Positions 1-10,395 of a stretch of DNA of 64,000 bases are shown in pieces. Origin of the DNA: Gemmatimonadota bacterium (GTDB taxonomy: Bacteria > Gemmatimonadota > Gemmatimonadetes > Palauibacterales > Palauibacteraceae); contig OZ220691.1 in NCBI GenBank assembly GCA_965116475.1, positions 1,728,001 through 1,792,000 on the forward strand, read 5' to 3'. The first letter of the stretch is position 1; each line of letters opens with the position of its first letter. The position numbers and the translations under genes were made by a program. The notes beneath the pieces are model-generated. The model was given only the letters and a program-made list of their open reading frames with translations, ran no database searches and was not told the origin of the DNA.

Positions 1-1
1 C

Positions 2-1138
2 GACTTCGACTTCTACCGGCGCGAGATCCCGTACGTGAACTACACGCGCGACCGGGAGGACGCGCAGGTCCACGTCCTCATGACCTCGGAAGACACCGGC
101 AGCGGCGGCCGACGCTTCACGCTCGACTTCATCGGGCGGGAGGAGTTCGCGGAGGTCACGGACCGGCTCGAAGTGGTGACGCGCCCCAACCTCGCCCTGG
201 AGCAGCGGCTGACGGACGTGGCCCGGACGCTCGAACTCGGACTGCTGCGCTACATCGCCCGCACCGACCAGGCCGCCAGCATCGACATCCACTACGACGG
301 CGCCGACCACGGCGAGATCGCGGCCAGGCCCGAGGACGACCCGTGGAACTTCTGGACCTTCCGGCTGCGCGCGAACGCGGAACTCGACGTGGACGAGCGC
401 ACCGAATCGTACGAACTGGAGAGCGGCTTCTCGGCCGACCGGGTTACGGACGCCCTGAAGCTCGAGTTCTCCGTCGACGCGAGCTATAACCGGCGGCTGT
501 TCGAGACCTCCGACACAACGTCCATCACGAGTATTCGGGAGAGTTGGGAAGCCGACGGGCTCAGCGTGTGGAGTCTGTCGGATCACTGGTCGGCGGGCGC
601 CGCGTACGAGGTGGGGCATTCCAGCTTCGCGAACGAGGACCTGCAGCTCCGGGTGGGGCCGGCGCTGGAGTACAACATCTTCCCCTACGCCGAGTCGACC
701 CGCCGTCAGTTCAACTTTCTCTACACGATCGGCCTCCGGTACCACGACTACATCGAGCAGACCGTCTTCCTGAAGGACGATGAGACGCTCCCCCACCACC
801 GGTTCAGCGTCCGCCTCAGCGTCCGGCAGCCGTGGGGCGAATCGTACGGCTTCCTGACCTTCTCGCAGTTCCTCCACGATCCCTCGAAGAACCGCTTCAC
901 GGCGTTCGCGGGGGCCGATTTCCGGATCTTCCGCGGCCTGTCGCTCAGGTTGAACGCGAACTACTCGCGCATCCGCGACCAGCTCAACGTGCCGGCCGGC
1001 GATGCCACGACGGAGGAGGTCCTCCTCCGCCAGCGCATCCTCCAGAGCGGCTTCGAGTACGGCGTGTCGGTGGGGTTCTCCTACACGTTCGGGTCGATCT
1101 ACTCCAACGTGGTCAACCCCCGGCTGGACCGCTTCTAG
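2..1138 (+). CDS. Hypothetical outer-membrane beta-barrel-like protein, 5'-truncated by window edge
   Basis: Frame is open from base 2 (DFDFYRREIPYVNYTRD...). C-terminal half has alternating aromatic/polar strands and ends ...VNPRLDRF. Confidence 0.65.
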   Translation, partial: DFDFYRREIPYVNYTRDREDAQVHVLMTSEDTGSGGRRFTLDFIGREEFAEVTDRLEVVTRPNLALEQRLTDVARTLELGLLRYIARTDQAASIDIHYDGADHGEIAARPEDDPWNFWTFRLRANAELDVDERTESYELESGFSADRVTDALKLEFSVDASYNRRLFETSDTTSITSIRESWEADGLSVWSLSDHWSAGAAYEVGHSSFANEDLQLRVGPALEYNIFPYAESTRRQFNFLYTIGLRYHDYIEQTVFLKDDETLPHHRFSVRLSVRQPWGESYGFLTFSQFLHDPSKNRFTAFAGADFRIFRGLSLRLNANYSRIRDQLNVPAGDATTEEVLLRQRILQSGFEYGVSVGFSYTFGSIYSNVVNPRLDRF

Positions 1139-1306
1139 CAGCCCGGAGGGCGAGACGGCCGGTCTTGCCGGTCGTGGTTCGATTCCTATGCTTCAAGGCA
1201 GGGTGGCCGCCGCCCGGTGAGCCTCTTGCGCGCGCCGCGCGCGTCTGCCCGCGGGGGAAGGGACGTGTGCGGGGGGGCTTCACCACCTTCAGGCGGAGGG
1301 AACGCC

Positions 1307-1714
1307 ATGAACACGAAGTGCCTCATCGCCTCGATCGCCGGCGCCGTCGTCCTCTTTCTGGGCGGCTACGTCCTGTACGAACTGCTCCTGGGCGGCTTCT
1401 TCGAAGCCAACATGGGCTCAGCCACCGGTGTGATTAAGGAGTCTCCCGAATTCCTCTGGATCGCCGTCGGCCAGCTCGCCGGCGGCGGAGTGCTCGCGAC
1501 CGCCCTGGGTTGGAAGGGCGCAACGGACATCGCGGGCGGCGCCCAGGCGGGCGCCAAGCTCGGCGCCCTCATTGCCGCGACCTTCGGGTTCGTGGCGCTG
1601 GGCGCGATGAACACCTCGACCCTCACCTCGGTCGTCGTCGACGTCGTCGTCACGGCCGTCCTGTGGGGCGCCGCCGGCGCGGTCGTCGGCATGATGCTCG
1701 GACGCGGCGACTAG
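1307..1714 (+). CDS. Small 4-TM membrane protein (DUF1761-like)
   Basis: GGAGGG RBS before ATG 1307; four Gly-rich hydrophobic segments. Confidence 0.65.
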   Translation: MNTKCLIASIAGAVVLFLGGYVLYELLLGGFFEANMGSATGVIKESPEFLWIAVGQLAGGGVLATALGWKGATDIAGGAQAGAKLGALIAATFGFVALGAMNTSTLTSVVVDVVVTAVLWGAAGAVVGMMLGRGD

Positions 1715-1899
1715 CGTCACGAACTGCTGACCCGGCTTGACCCCTGTCGGCGGAGGGTCGGTCGCTCGGACCGGCTCCCCCCGACCGGGTGTGCCTCCAC
1801 GCGCCTCGGGGCGGCCATCTGGACAGGCCGCCCCGACCTCCTCCACGTTCTCCGGCGTTCCTTCGTCCCGTTCCTATCACGACAGCCACGAGTCTTGCC

Positions 1900-4476
1900 A
1901 TGAACTCCGCCTACCGTGCCGGTTCACGCCTCTTTCTCTCGCTGGCGGCCGCAGTGCTGCTCGCGGTACCGCTCGCCGCTCAGGAAACGGGCGAGGGCCC
2001 GGCGAACTACCGCCTCGCGGCGCGCTTTGCGCCCTACAAGATCCAGGGTCTCGTCTACTCGACCTCGGTGGACCCGCAGTGGATCGAGGGCTCCGAGTCG
2101 TTCTGGTACGAGTGGGAAACCTCGGACGGATCCTTCTACTACATCGTGGATCCGGTGGCCGGAACGAAGCGCCAGGTCTTCGACAACGACCGGATCGCGG
2201 CCGAGCTGACCCGCATCACGCGCGACCCCTGGGACGGCCAGCACCTCCCGATCCGCGCGATCAAGTTCATTGACGCGAACACGCTCCAGTTCGAGGTCGA
2301 GTCTTCGCAGGACGAGGAGGAAGACGAGACGGAGTCCGAAATGGAGGAACTGGAGGAACTGGACGAGGAAGAGGAGGAGGGCGAACGGCAGCGCCAGCGC
2401 GCCCGCAAGAAAGTGTTCCACTTCGAGTACGACGTGAACACGCGGATGCTGCGCGAACTCGAGGACTGGGAGGCGCCCGACAATCACCCGTCCTGGGCCA
2501 GCGTGTCGCCGGACGGACAGACGGTGATCTTCGCCCGCCACCACAACCTCCACATGATGAGCGGGGACGATTACCAGCAGTTCCTCGAGGCCCGGCGCGG
2601 GAAGAGCGGGGACGAGGCGGACGAGGCCGAGGAGGGGATCGAGGCCGAGGAGACGCAGCTCACGACGGACGGGGAGGAGCACTACAGCTACGCGGTGTTC
2701 GAGCGCGGGGACACGGACATCGAGCGCGAGGAGAACGCGGACGGGCGGAAGCGGGTGTCGATCTCGTGGTCGCAAGACTCGCGCCGCTTCTCGCTGATCC
2801 GCCGCGACCGGCGCGAGGTGGGGAACCTCTGGGTCATCCACATGGTCGGCAACGAGCGGCCCGAACTCGAGTCCTACAAGTACGACATGCCGGGCGAAGA
2901 GACCGTGAGCCAGCCCGAGCTGCTCATCTACGACCTCCAGGACCGGAACATGGTCGAGGTCGCGATGCCGGAGGAGTGGAAGGACCACCGCCTGTTCACG
3001 ACGTCCGCGCGCCAGTTCCGCTATCCGGACAGCGAAGAGCCGTTCCGCTCGCTGTGGCTCTCACCCGGCTCGGACGAACTTCACTTCGTGAGGCAGAGCC
3101 GCGACCAGCACCGCGTCGACGTGATGGTGGCGGACGCCGCGACGGGCACGGCGCGCGTGCTGTTCGAGGAACGGCTCAACACCTACGTGGAGTTCCAGCG
3201 GCTTGAACGCCTCGAGTCGGGCGACATGCTCTGGTGGTCGGAGCGGGACGGCTGGGCGCACCTGTACCGCTTCGGGCCGGACGGCACGCTCCGCAACCGC
3301 CTCACCGAGGGTCCGTGGTCGGTGCGCCAAGTGGTCGGGATCGACGAGGCGGCCGGCGTCGTCTACTTCCAGGCCAACGCGCGCGAGGCGGGCGAGGATC
3401 CCTACTACCAGCACCTCTACCGCGTGAACCTCGACGGCTCCGGGCTGGCTCTCCTGAACCCCGGCGCCTTCGATCACCGGGTCGAGATGGGGGAGTCGAA
3501 CCGCTTCTTCGTCAGCAACTACTCGCGCGTCAACACGACGCCGACCGCCGCGCTCCACGCGGCCAACGGCCGCCGGATCATGGACCTCGAGACCGCCGAC
3601 TTCTCGAAGCTGGAGGAGGCGGGGTACGGATTCCCCGAGCCCTACACCGTGAAGGCGGACGACGGAGTCACGGACCTGTACGGCGTGATCTACAAGCCGT
3701 TCGACTTCGACTCGGAGAAGACGTATCCGATCGTCGCCTACGTGTACCCGGGGCCGCAGACGGAGGCCGTGGCGAAATCGTTCTCGACGGCGCGCTACGA
3801 GACGGCGCTGGCCCAGTTCGGGATGATCGTGATCACGGTGGGGAACCGCGGCGGCCATCCGGCCCGCTCGAAGTGGTACCACAACTACGGGTACGGGAAC
3901 CTCCGCGACTACGGGCTGGCGGACAAGAAGACCGCGATCGAGCAACTCGCCGACCGGCACGACTTCATCGACATCGACCGCGTGGGCATCTACGGGCACT
4001 CCGGGGGCGGGTTCATGTCGACGGCGGCGATGCTCGTCTACCCGGATTTCTTCAAGGTCGCGGTCTCATCCTCCGGGAACCACAACAACGACGTCTACAA
4101 CCAGAACTGGTCCGAGAAACACCACGGCGTGCGTGAGGTCGTGGACGACAGCGGGAACGTCACGTTCGAGTACGAGATCGAGCGCAACTCCGACTTGGCC
4201 GCGAACCTGAAGGGGCGCCTGCTCCTTACGACAGGGGACATCGACAACAACGTCCACCACGCCGGCACGCACCGCATGGCGGAGGCGCTGATCCGGGCCA
4301 ACAAGCGCTTCGACTACTTCGTCTTCCCCGGCCAGCGGCACGGCTACGGGGACATGAGCGACTACTGGTTCTGGCTGCGCGCGGAGTACTTCGTGAAGCA
4401 CCTGCTGGGCGACACGCGCTGGAGCCCGGACATCACGCAGCTGAACGTGGAGCGGGAGCAGACGGGCGGCCGCTGA
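1900..4476 (+). CDS. S9B family dipeptidyl-peptidase IV-like serine peptidase, secreted
   Basis: Signal peptide (..AVPLAAQ), beta-propeller region, GHSGGG nucleophile motif, DNNVH and QRHGY catalytic Asp/His motifs. Confidence 0.9.
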   Translation: MNSAYRAGSRLFLSLAAAVLLAVPLAAQETGEGPANYRLAARFAPYKIQGLVYSTSVDPQWIEGSESFWYEWETSDGSFYYIVDPVAGTKRQVFDNDRIAAELTRITRDPWDGQHLPIRAIKFIDANTLQFEVESSQDEEEDETESEMEELEELDEEEEEGERQRQRARKKVFHFEYDVNTRMLRELEDWEAPDNHPSWASVSPDGQTVIFARHHNLHMMSGDDYQQFLEARRGKSGDEADEAEEGIEAEETQLTTDGEEHYSYAVFERGDTDIEREENADGRKRVSISWSQDSRRFSLIRRDRREVGNLWVIHMVGNERPELESYKYDMPGEETVSQPELLIYDLQDRNMVEVAMPEEWKDHRLFTTSARQFRYPDSEEPFRSLWLSPGSDELHFVRQSRDQHRVDVMVADAATGTARVLFEERLNTYVEFQRLERLESGDMLWWSERDGWAHLYRFGPDGTLRNRLTEGPWSVRQVVGIDEAAGVVYFQANAREAGEDPYYQHLYRVNLDGSGLALLNPGAFDHRVEMGESNRFFVSNYSRVNTTPTAALHAANGRRIMDLETADFSKLEEAGYGFPEPYTVKADDGVTDLYGVIYKPFDFDSEKTYPIVAYVYPGPQTEAVAKSFSTARYETALAQFGMIVITVGNRGGHPARSKWYHNYGYGNLRDYGLADKKTAIEQLADRHDFIDIDRVGIYGHSGGGFMSTAAMLVYPDFFKVAVSSSGNHNNDVYNQNWSEKHHGVREVVDDSGNVTFEYEIERNSDLAANLKGRLLLTTGDIDNNVHHAGTHRMAEALIRANKRFDYFVFPGQRHGYGDMSDYWFWLRAEYFVKHLLGDTRWSPDITQLNVEREQTGGR

Positions 4477-4539
4477 CCGGGCCGCCCGCCGCTCCCTGGT
4501 GCCCGGCTCGGGAGGCCGGGCGCGCTGCGGTTACTGCGG

Positions 4540-7296
4540 TTACGGGACGAGCTTGTTGGCGAAGTCGCCGCCCCGGATGATCGTCAGCTTCGTCGGGTCG
4601 ATGTGGCGCCGCATCGCATCCACGACGTCACCCGCCGTCAGCGCCTCGATCGCCGCCTCCTGCTCTGCGGTGAAGAAGAGCGGACGGTCCAGGAACAGGC
4701 TGTTCGACAGCATGTTCGCGATGACGGCGTCGTTCGCGCGGCCGTTCTGCTGCTGGTCCAGGTAGCCCCGCTTGGCGGCCTCAAACTCCTCCGGCGCGAA
4801 ACCATCGGCGAGGGTGGTCTCGAGGACGTCCTCGAACGAGGCGACCACCTTGTCCGCGTTCTCCGGCGCGAAGATCGCGAGCGCCAGGAACTGCGCGGCG
4901 TCATCGATCGGGGGCGCACCGTAGTTTGAACTCACGCCGTACGACAGGCCTTCCTCCCCCCGGATCCTGCTGAACAGGCGGGAGTTCATGCCGCCGCCCA
5001 GGATGTGGTTGCCGAGGAGGAGCGCCGGGTAGTCGGGGTGGTCGTCGCGCATCTGAATCGCGAGTCCGGCGAACATCATGGCGTTCGCCTTGTCCGGCGT
5101 CTCGATGTCGAGGGTCAGCGGCGCGATCTCGCGGTACTGGACCGGTACGCGGGCGTAGGCTTCGCTCGCGGTCCAGTCACCGAACAGTTCCTCGATCAGT
5201 GCACGCATCTCCGCGGCGTCGAAATCGCCGACCACGGACATGGTGCCGCCCTGTGCCCCGTAGAAGCCCTGCCAGAAGGCGCGCGCGTCGTCCACCGTCG
5301 CGGCCTCGAGGCGCTCGATCTGCTCCTCGAAGGTCGGCGAGTAACGGGGATGATCCGCCGGATAGTCGCCGAAGTGACGCTGGAAGGCCTGCACGACCAG
5401 GGCCTGCGGTTCCGACATCTGCGACTCGATGGCGGCGAGACGCTCCTCGCGCAGCAGTTCGAACTCCGCCGCGTCGAAGGCGGGCTGCCGGAGGATCTCG
5501 GCGCCGAGCCGGAGGACGGCCGGGACATTCTCCCGCACGGTGGTGAACGACCCGCTCGCCGTGGTGGCGCTCCCGTTGACTAAGCCCTGGGCCTTCAGGC
5601 GATCGAGCTCGTCGGAGATCTCCTGGCGCGAGCGGTTCTCCGTCCCCCGCATCAGCATGGCGCCGGCGAGGGAGCCCGCGGTCGCCTTCCCCATGAGGGC
5701 GCCCTCCGTGCCATGCCGCAGCGTGAAGCGCACGTTCACGGCATCGCCGCGGTTCTCCTTCGCGAGGAAGGCGACCTTGAGCCCGTTGGGCAGTTCGAAC
5801 CGCTCCGTCCGGGCCTCGATGTTCTCGATCGTGGGATCGAACGCCTCGCCTTCGGCGACCGCCTCGCGCCCCGTGTACGAGGCCACCAGCGCACCGACAT
5901 CCGGCGGCGCGGGGATCTCGGCGCGGGCCGGCGTCGCATCCGTCGGGTAGTAGTAGCCGATCGTCCGATTCGACGGTTTGAGGTAAGCCTGTGCGACCTG
6001 GTGGACCGCTTCCGGCGTCACCCGCTCCAGGCGGTCCCGGTGCAGGAAGAAGAGGCGCCAGTCGCCCATCGACGCCCATTCGCTGAGCTGCAGGGCGATC
6101 CCCTGAGGGTTGTTGAACGAGAGTTCGATGCCCGAGAGGAAGTCCGTCTTCGCCCGGTCGACCTCCTCCTCCGTGGGAGGTTCGTCGACGAGCGCCTGGA
6201 TCGTGGCGAGCATGACGTCGGCGGCTTCGTCGAGCGAGTCGCCCTCGCGCACCTCCGTGCCGGCGAACAGGAGGCCCGGCTCGCGCAACTGGAAGTTGCC
6301 GGCGAACGCGTTGGCGGCCAGGCCCGGCTCGACGAGCGCCTGGTAGAGGCGCCCGGCCGGACGCGTCGTGAGGATGTGCGTCATCACGTCGACGGCGGCG
6401 AAGTGCTCGTGAGAGCCCGGCGGCATGTGATAGGCCGCCATCGCGAATTGGACGTCACCGACGCGCCGCAGGGTGACCGTGCGCTCGCCGTCCTGGGCTG
6501 GTTCGGCCGTGTACGTCTCGAACAGCTGGTTCGCCCCGGTGCGCTCCGGCCGCGGGAGGGGACCGAACTTCTCGGCCACCAGTTCGAGCGCCCGCTCCGG
6601 CTCGAAGCGCCCGGCGACGACGAGGATCGCGTTGTCCGGCTGGTAGTACTTCCGGTAGAAGGCCTGCAGCCGGTCGATGGGCACGTTCTCGATGTCCGCG
6701 CGCGCGCCGATGGTGGAGTTGCCGTAGTTGTGCCAGTCGTAGGCCGCGGACAGGACGCGCTTCTGGAGTACGCCCCGGGGGCTGTTCTCCCCCGCCTCCC
6801 ACTCGTTCCGCACGACCGTCATCTCCGAATCGAGATCCTCTTGGGCGATGAACGAGTTCACCATTCGGTCGGCCTCGAGGTCGAGCGCCCACTCGAGGTT
6901 CTCGTCGGTGGCCGGGAACGTCTCGAAGTAGTTCGTGCGGTCGAACCACGTCGTGCCGTTCGGGAAGGCGCCGTGCTCGTCCAGTTCCTTCGGGATGTCC
7001 GGGTGGTTCGGGGTCCCCTTGAACACCAGGTGCTCGAGGAGGTGGGCCATGCCCGTTTCGCCGTACCCTTCGTGTCTCGAGCCGACGAGATAGGTGATGT
7101 TCACCGTGATGCGCTGGTTGCTCTGGTCGGGGAAGAGCAGGAAGCGCAGCCCGTTCTCGAGCCGATACTCCGTAATCCCCTCGACGCTGGCGACCTCGGT
7201 GACGCCCGCGGGAAGCTGGGCCTCAACCGCAACCGGTGCGGCCAGCGTGGATACGAACCCCGCCACCGCCGCCGCAAACCTGCCTGTCTTACTCAT
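4540..7296 (-). CDS. M16 family zinc metallopeptidase (pitrilysin/PqqL-like), secreted
   Basis: HLLEH (HxxEH) motif, signal peptide, C-terminal IRGEEGLSY motif; GGAGAAAGAG before ATG 7296. Confidence 0.92.
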   Translation of the reverse strand: MSKTGRFAAAVAGFVSTLAAPVAVEAQLPAGVTEVASVEGITEYRLENGLRFLLFPDQSNQRITVNITYLVGSRHEGYGETGMAHLLEHLVFKGTPNHPDIPKELDEHGAFPNGTTWFDRTNYFETFPATDENLEWALDLEADRMVNSFIAQEDLDSEMTVVRNEWEAGENSPRGVLQKRVLSAAYDWHNYGNSTIGARADIENVPIDRLQAFYRKYYQPDNAILVVAGRFEPERALELVAEKFGPLPRPERTGANQLFETYTAEPAQDGERTVTLRRVGDVQFAMAAYHMPPGSHEHFAAVDVMTHILTTRPAGRLYQALVEPGLAANAFAGNFQLREPGLLFAGTEVREGDSLDEAADVMLATIQALVDEPPTEEEVDRAKTDFLSGIELSFNNPQGIALQLSEWASMGDWRLFFLHRDRLERVTPEAVHQVAQAYLKPSNRTIGYYYPTDATPARAEIPAPPDVGALVASYTGREAVAEGEAFDPTIENIEARTERFELPNGLKVAFLAKENRGDAVNVRFTLRHGTEGALMGKATAGSLAGAMLMRGTENRSRQEISDELDRLKAQGLVNGSATTASGSFTTVRENVPAVLRLGAEILRQPAFDAAEFELLREERLAAIESQMSEPQALVVQAFQRHFGDYPADHPRYSPTFEEQIERLEAATVDDARAFWQGFYGAQGGTMSVVGDFDAAEMRALIEELFGDWTASEAYARVPVQYREIAPLTLDIETPDKANAMMFAGLAIQMRDDHPDYPALLLGNHILGGGMNSRLFSRIRGEEGLSYGVSSNYGAPPIDDAAQFLALAIFAPENADKVVASFEDVLETTLADGFAPEEFEAAKRGYLDQQQNGRANDAVIANMLSNSLFLDRPLFFTAEQEAAIEALTAGDVVDAMRRHIDPTKLTIIRGGDFANKLVP

Positions 7297-7307
7297 CTCT
7301 TTCTCCA

Positions 7308-8561
7308 TCACATGTTGTCGATCATGGCCCGGCCGAACTCGCTGCACCTGAGGAGCGTCGCGCCCTCCATCAGACGCTCGAAATCATACGTCACGCGCTT
7401 CTCGCTTATGGTGGCGCTCAGGGAGGATACAATAAGGTCTGCGGCTTCGTTCCACCCCAGGTGCCGCAGCAGCATCTCCCCGGACAGGATGACGGATCCC
7501 GGGTTCACCTTGTCCTGTCCCGCATACTTCGGTGCGGTGCCGTGCGTCGCCTCGAAGATCGCGTGACCCGTCTCGTAGTTGATGTTCGCGCCGGGGGCGA
7601 TGCCGATCCCGCCCACCTGCGCGGCGAGCGCGTCCGAGATGTAGTCCCCGTTCAGATTCATCGTCGCGATCACATCGTACTCCGCGGGCCGCGTCAGGAT
7701 CTGCTGCAGAAACGCGTCGGCGATCACGTCCTTGACGACGATGCCATCGGAGGTCCTGCACCAGGGACCACCGCCGAACTCCTGTGCCCCGAACTCGTCC
7801 TTCGCGAGCTCGTAGCCCCAGTCGCGGAAACCGCCCTCGGTGAACTTCATGATGTTCCCCTTGTGGACCAGCGTGACGCTATCGCATCCGCGGTCGCGGG
7901 CGTACCGGATCGCAGCGCGGACGAGTCGCCGCGTCCCTTCCCGCGAGATCGGCTTCACGCCGAAGGAACTGGTCTCCGGGAAACGGATCGTCGACACGCC
8001 CATCTCGTCGCAGAGGAAGGCGCGCAGCCGGCGGGCCTCCTCGCTCCCGGCCTCCCACTCGATGCCCGCGTAGATGTCCTCGGTGTTCTCGCGGAAGATC
8101 GTCATGTCCACGAGGTCCGGCTGGCGAACCGGCGACGGGACGCCCTCGAACCAGCGCACCGGCCGGACGCACGCGAACAGGTCGAGCTTCTGGCGCAGCG
8201 CCACGTTGAGCGACCGGATCCCTCCGCCAACCGGCGTCGTGAGGGGCCCCTTGATCGCGACGCGGTGATGCCGGATGGCGCGGAGCGTGTCGGCGGGGAG
8301 CCAGTCCCCGGTGCGATCGAACGCCTTCTGGCCCGCGAGCACCTCGAACCACGCGATTCGCCGCTCGCCGCCGTAGGCCTTCTCGACGGCCGCTTCGAGA
8401 ACCGCGCTCGCCGCGCGCCAGATGTCGGGACCGATCCCGTCGCCTTCGATGAAGGGGATGATCGGACGGTCGGGCACGTCGAGGCGGTCGCCCGCCATGC
8501 GGATCGTGTCCCCGCCGGAGGGCGTGCGCAGGGTGTCGTATGCAGGAGCCGCGTCGGACAT
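7308..8561 (-). CDS. icd: NADP-dependent isocitrate dehydrogenase
   Basis: [55 protein letters not shown] motifs. Confidence 0.96.
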   Translation of the reverse strand: MSDAAPAYDTLRTPSGGDTIRMAGDRLDVPDRPIIPFIEGDGIGPDIWRAASAVLEAAVEKAYGGERRIAWFEVLAGQKAFDRTGDWLPADTLRAIRHHRVAIKGPLTTPVGGGIRSLNVALRQKLDLFACVRPVRWFEGVPSPVRQPDLVDMTIFRENTEDIYAGIEWEAGSEEARRLRAFLCDEMGVSTIRFPETSSFGVKPISREGTRRLVRAAIRYARDRGCDSVTLVHKGNIMKFTEGGFRDWGYELAKDEFGAQEFGGGPWCRTSDGIVVKDVIADAFLQQILTRPAEYDVIATMNLNGDYISDALAAQVGGIGIAPGANINYETGHAIFEATHGTAPKYAGQDKVNPGSVILSGEMLLRHLGWNEAADLIVSSLSATISEKRVTYDFERLMEGATLLRCSEFGRAMIDNM

Positions 8562-8626
8562 GGGGATTTCTCGAATGGTTCGGGGATCTTCCTTCGCCCA
8601 CCGGGGATCGGCGGCGGCGGGAGGGG

Positions 8627-8655
8627 AGATTACGCCCCCCCTTCACCGCTGACAA
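8627..8655 (-). promoter_or_regulatory. Putative sigma70 promoter for icd
   Basis: TTGTCA-17 nt-TAATCT on the minus strand. Confidence 0.5.
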
Positions 8656-8666
8656 ACGCCACGGCG

Positions 8667-8693
8667 TGTATACATCAACATCGAATGTATACA
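8667..8693. promoter_or_regulatory. Tandem TGTATACA palindromes, probable GntR-family operator
   Basis: TGTATACA at 8667-8674 and 8686-8693 in an AT-rich patch just upstream of the icd -35. Confidence 0.5.
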
Positions 8694-8714
8694 ATCCATG
8701 CACACCGTTACCGA

Positions 8715-9737
8715 TCAGTGGCTTATGGGCACGATCTGCAGGCCCAGCACGAAGGTCAGATCGGTTTCGAGTTGAGGACCATCGAGGTCGCGAACGAGGG
8801 GCAGGAGCACCTCGCCGGCGATCCGAAAGGCTTTGGCCCGGGGGATGTAGAGATTGAGGCTGAACCCTCCCTCGACCACGGTGCCTGCTCGGAGGTCGGT
8901 GCGGGCCGTGGGCACCATTTGGGGGTTTACGCTGGGCGCGGCGTCCCTTCCGTCGATGTTCCCGGCCCGGGTCGCGACCACCCGCACGCCCGCCGCGACG
9001 TTGCGCGCCAGCTGCCGCGCCCACCACGCGGTTCCCTGTATCCGGTCGCCGAGCGCCCAATCGCGGTCGTTCATGCCCATGCGCATCACGGCATTCCCCT
9101 GGGCTCCCCAGGACCAGTCGCCCGCCTGGCCCAGCCAGGTGAGGCCGGGACGCAGATCGAACGTGCCGGAGCCGATCTGCATGGGATAGGGGAGCTGGAC
9201 CTCCATCCCCTGACTGATGGGGAGGACACCCTGCTCCTCGATCGATCCGGTCGGCAGGCCGACCATCGCGTTCAGATGGAGCGACTGGTTCGCCCAGTCG
9301 GCCAGGCCGATCATGGCGCCCACCTTGACGTCGCCCACGCCGCCCGATTCGGTCGTGAACGACCCGCCGGCGCGCGTGATGTGGTCCATCGAACTGGACA
9401 CGAAGGGGAGCATCGCCATGAAGGTGATGCGATCGGAGGGCGCGAACATGGCCCCGAACATGTGCATCGTCATGGGCATGCGGGTCGGCGTGATCATGAA
9501 CCGCCCGCCCGGAGAAACGATGTCCGCGTCGGTGATCGGATCCGTGCCGACGCGGCTTCCCTCCATGGTCATCGTCATGTAGCGGTAGGAGAGCATCACC
9601 TCGCCCGCCTCGTGTCGGTGGTCGGCCATGACTCCGATGGGGGCGTGGCTGTCCGCGCGCGAGGCGTTCCACTGCGCGGCGACGGGTGCGGCAAGGGCCA
9701 GCAGCGCACATGCGCCGAGTATCGTGCATTTCTTCAA
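8715..9737 (-). CDS. Outer-membrane beta-barrel 'transporter' with His/Met-rich N-terminus
   Basis: GAGGAG RBS plus TTG 9737, signal peptide (..APVAAQ), RADSHAPIGVMADHRH, MPMTMHM, GVGD..., LPTGS, LPYPMQIGSGT. Confidence 0.75.
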   Translation of the reverse strand: MKKCTILGACALLALAAPVAAQWNASRADSHAPIGVMADHRHEAGEVMLSYRYMTMTMEGSRVGTDPITDADIVSPGGRFMITPTRMPMTMHMFGAMFAPSDRITFMAMLPFVSSSMDHITRAGGSFTTESGGVGDVKVGAMIGLADWANQSLHLNAMVGLPTGSIEEQGVLPISQGMEVQLPYPMQIGSGTFDLRPGLTWLGQAGDWSWGAQGNAVMRMGMNDRDWALGDRIQGTAWWARQLARNVAAGVRVVATRAGNIDGRDAAPSVNPQMVPTARTDLRAGTVVEGGFSLNLYIPRAKAFRIAGEVLLPLVRDLDGPQLETDLTFVLGLQIVPISH

Positions 9738-9894
9738 GGTTCGACTCCTCGTTCGGTAAGGATGCGCCGCCCGTCGATGCCGAGCGCCAACGGGCGCCGG
9801 GATCGATTCGGTAACGGACACGAGCACGCGTATGGACCTTCGTGGCCGACGCGGTTCGCGCCCTGGACGACTTGTACGGGCTAGTGTCGAGGAG

Positions 9895-10395
9895 TCAGGC
9901 GGGGGGTGGCTGGGCGTACGGCTTGAGGTAGGCGGCCGGGTCGGGAGCGGGCCCGGCGTCGCGTCGCCTTCCCTGCGGCGTCTGGCTCTCCAGGGTCGGC
10001 TGGGCGGCCGGCGCGGCGGACGCCACCTGCGCCGGACCGGAGCAGGTGAGGCAGATGCCGAGGCAGTCGCACGGTCCGTCCGAATGGGGATGCGACGGTG
10101 TCGCTGCGCCGGCGCCATCGGCGTGAGAGGACCCCTGGTGGCGGTCCGTATCGCCGCGGTCCGCATGGCCGTGGTCCGCGTGGCCGTGGTCCGCGTGCGT
10201 CCCGTGGAGAGCGACGGCCCGGGTCCCCGCCTCGTCGCCGTGCGTCGCCCGGTGCTTCGGACAGGGCTGAACGGCCGCGCCGGGCCCGATGCCGATGAGG
10301 AAGGCCGCGATGACGGCGTACAAATCCATGCGGACGCGTACGCGCCGCCCACGGGCGATGGCGATCCTCCGTCCCGGACGCTTTCGAGCCATCAT
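9895..10395 (-). CDS. His-rich, CxxC-containing leader-type protein (DUF2946/CruR-like)
   Basis: ATGATG overlaps the upstream TGA. Hydrophobic segment, HADHG repeats, CDCLGICLTC, C-terminal YLKPYAQPPPA. Confidence 0.65.
   Translation of the reverse strand: MMARKRPGRRIAIARGRRVRVRMDLYAVIAAFLIGIGPGAAVQPCPKHRATHGDEAGTRAVALHGTHADHGHADHGHADRGDTDRHQGSSHADGAGAATPSHPHSDGPCDCLGICLTCSGPAQVASAAPAAQPTLESQTPQGRRRDAGPAPDPAAYLKPYAQPPPA

Noticed and set aside
2305..2410. Purine-rich low-complexity tract in the S9 peptidase
   Set aside because: In-frame acidic linker (DEEEDETESEMEELEE...); no sign of an inserted element.
10160..10200. 15-bp repeats as a CRISPR or mobile repeat
   Set aside because: Coding tandem repeat (HADHG) with no spacers or cas genes.
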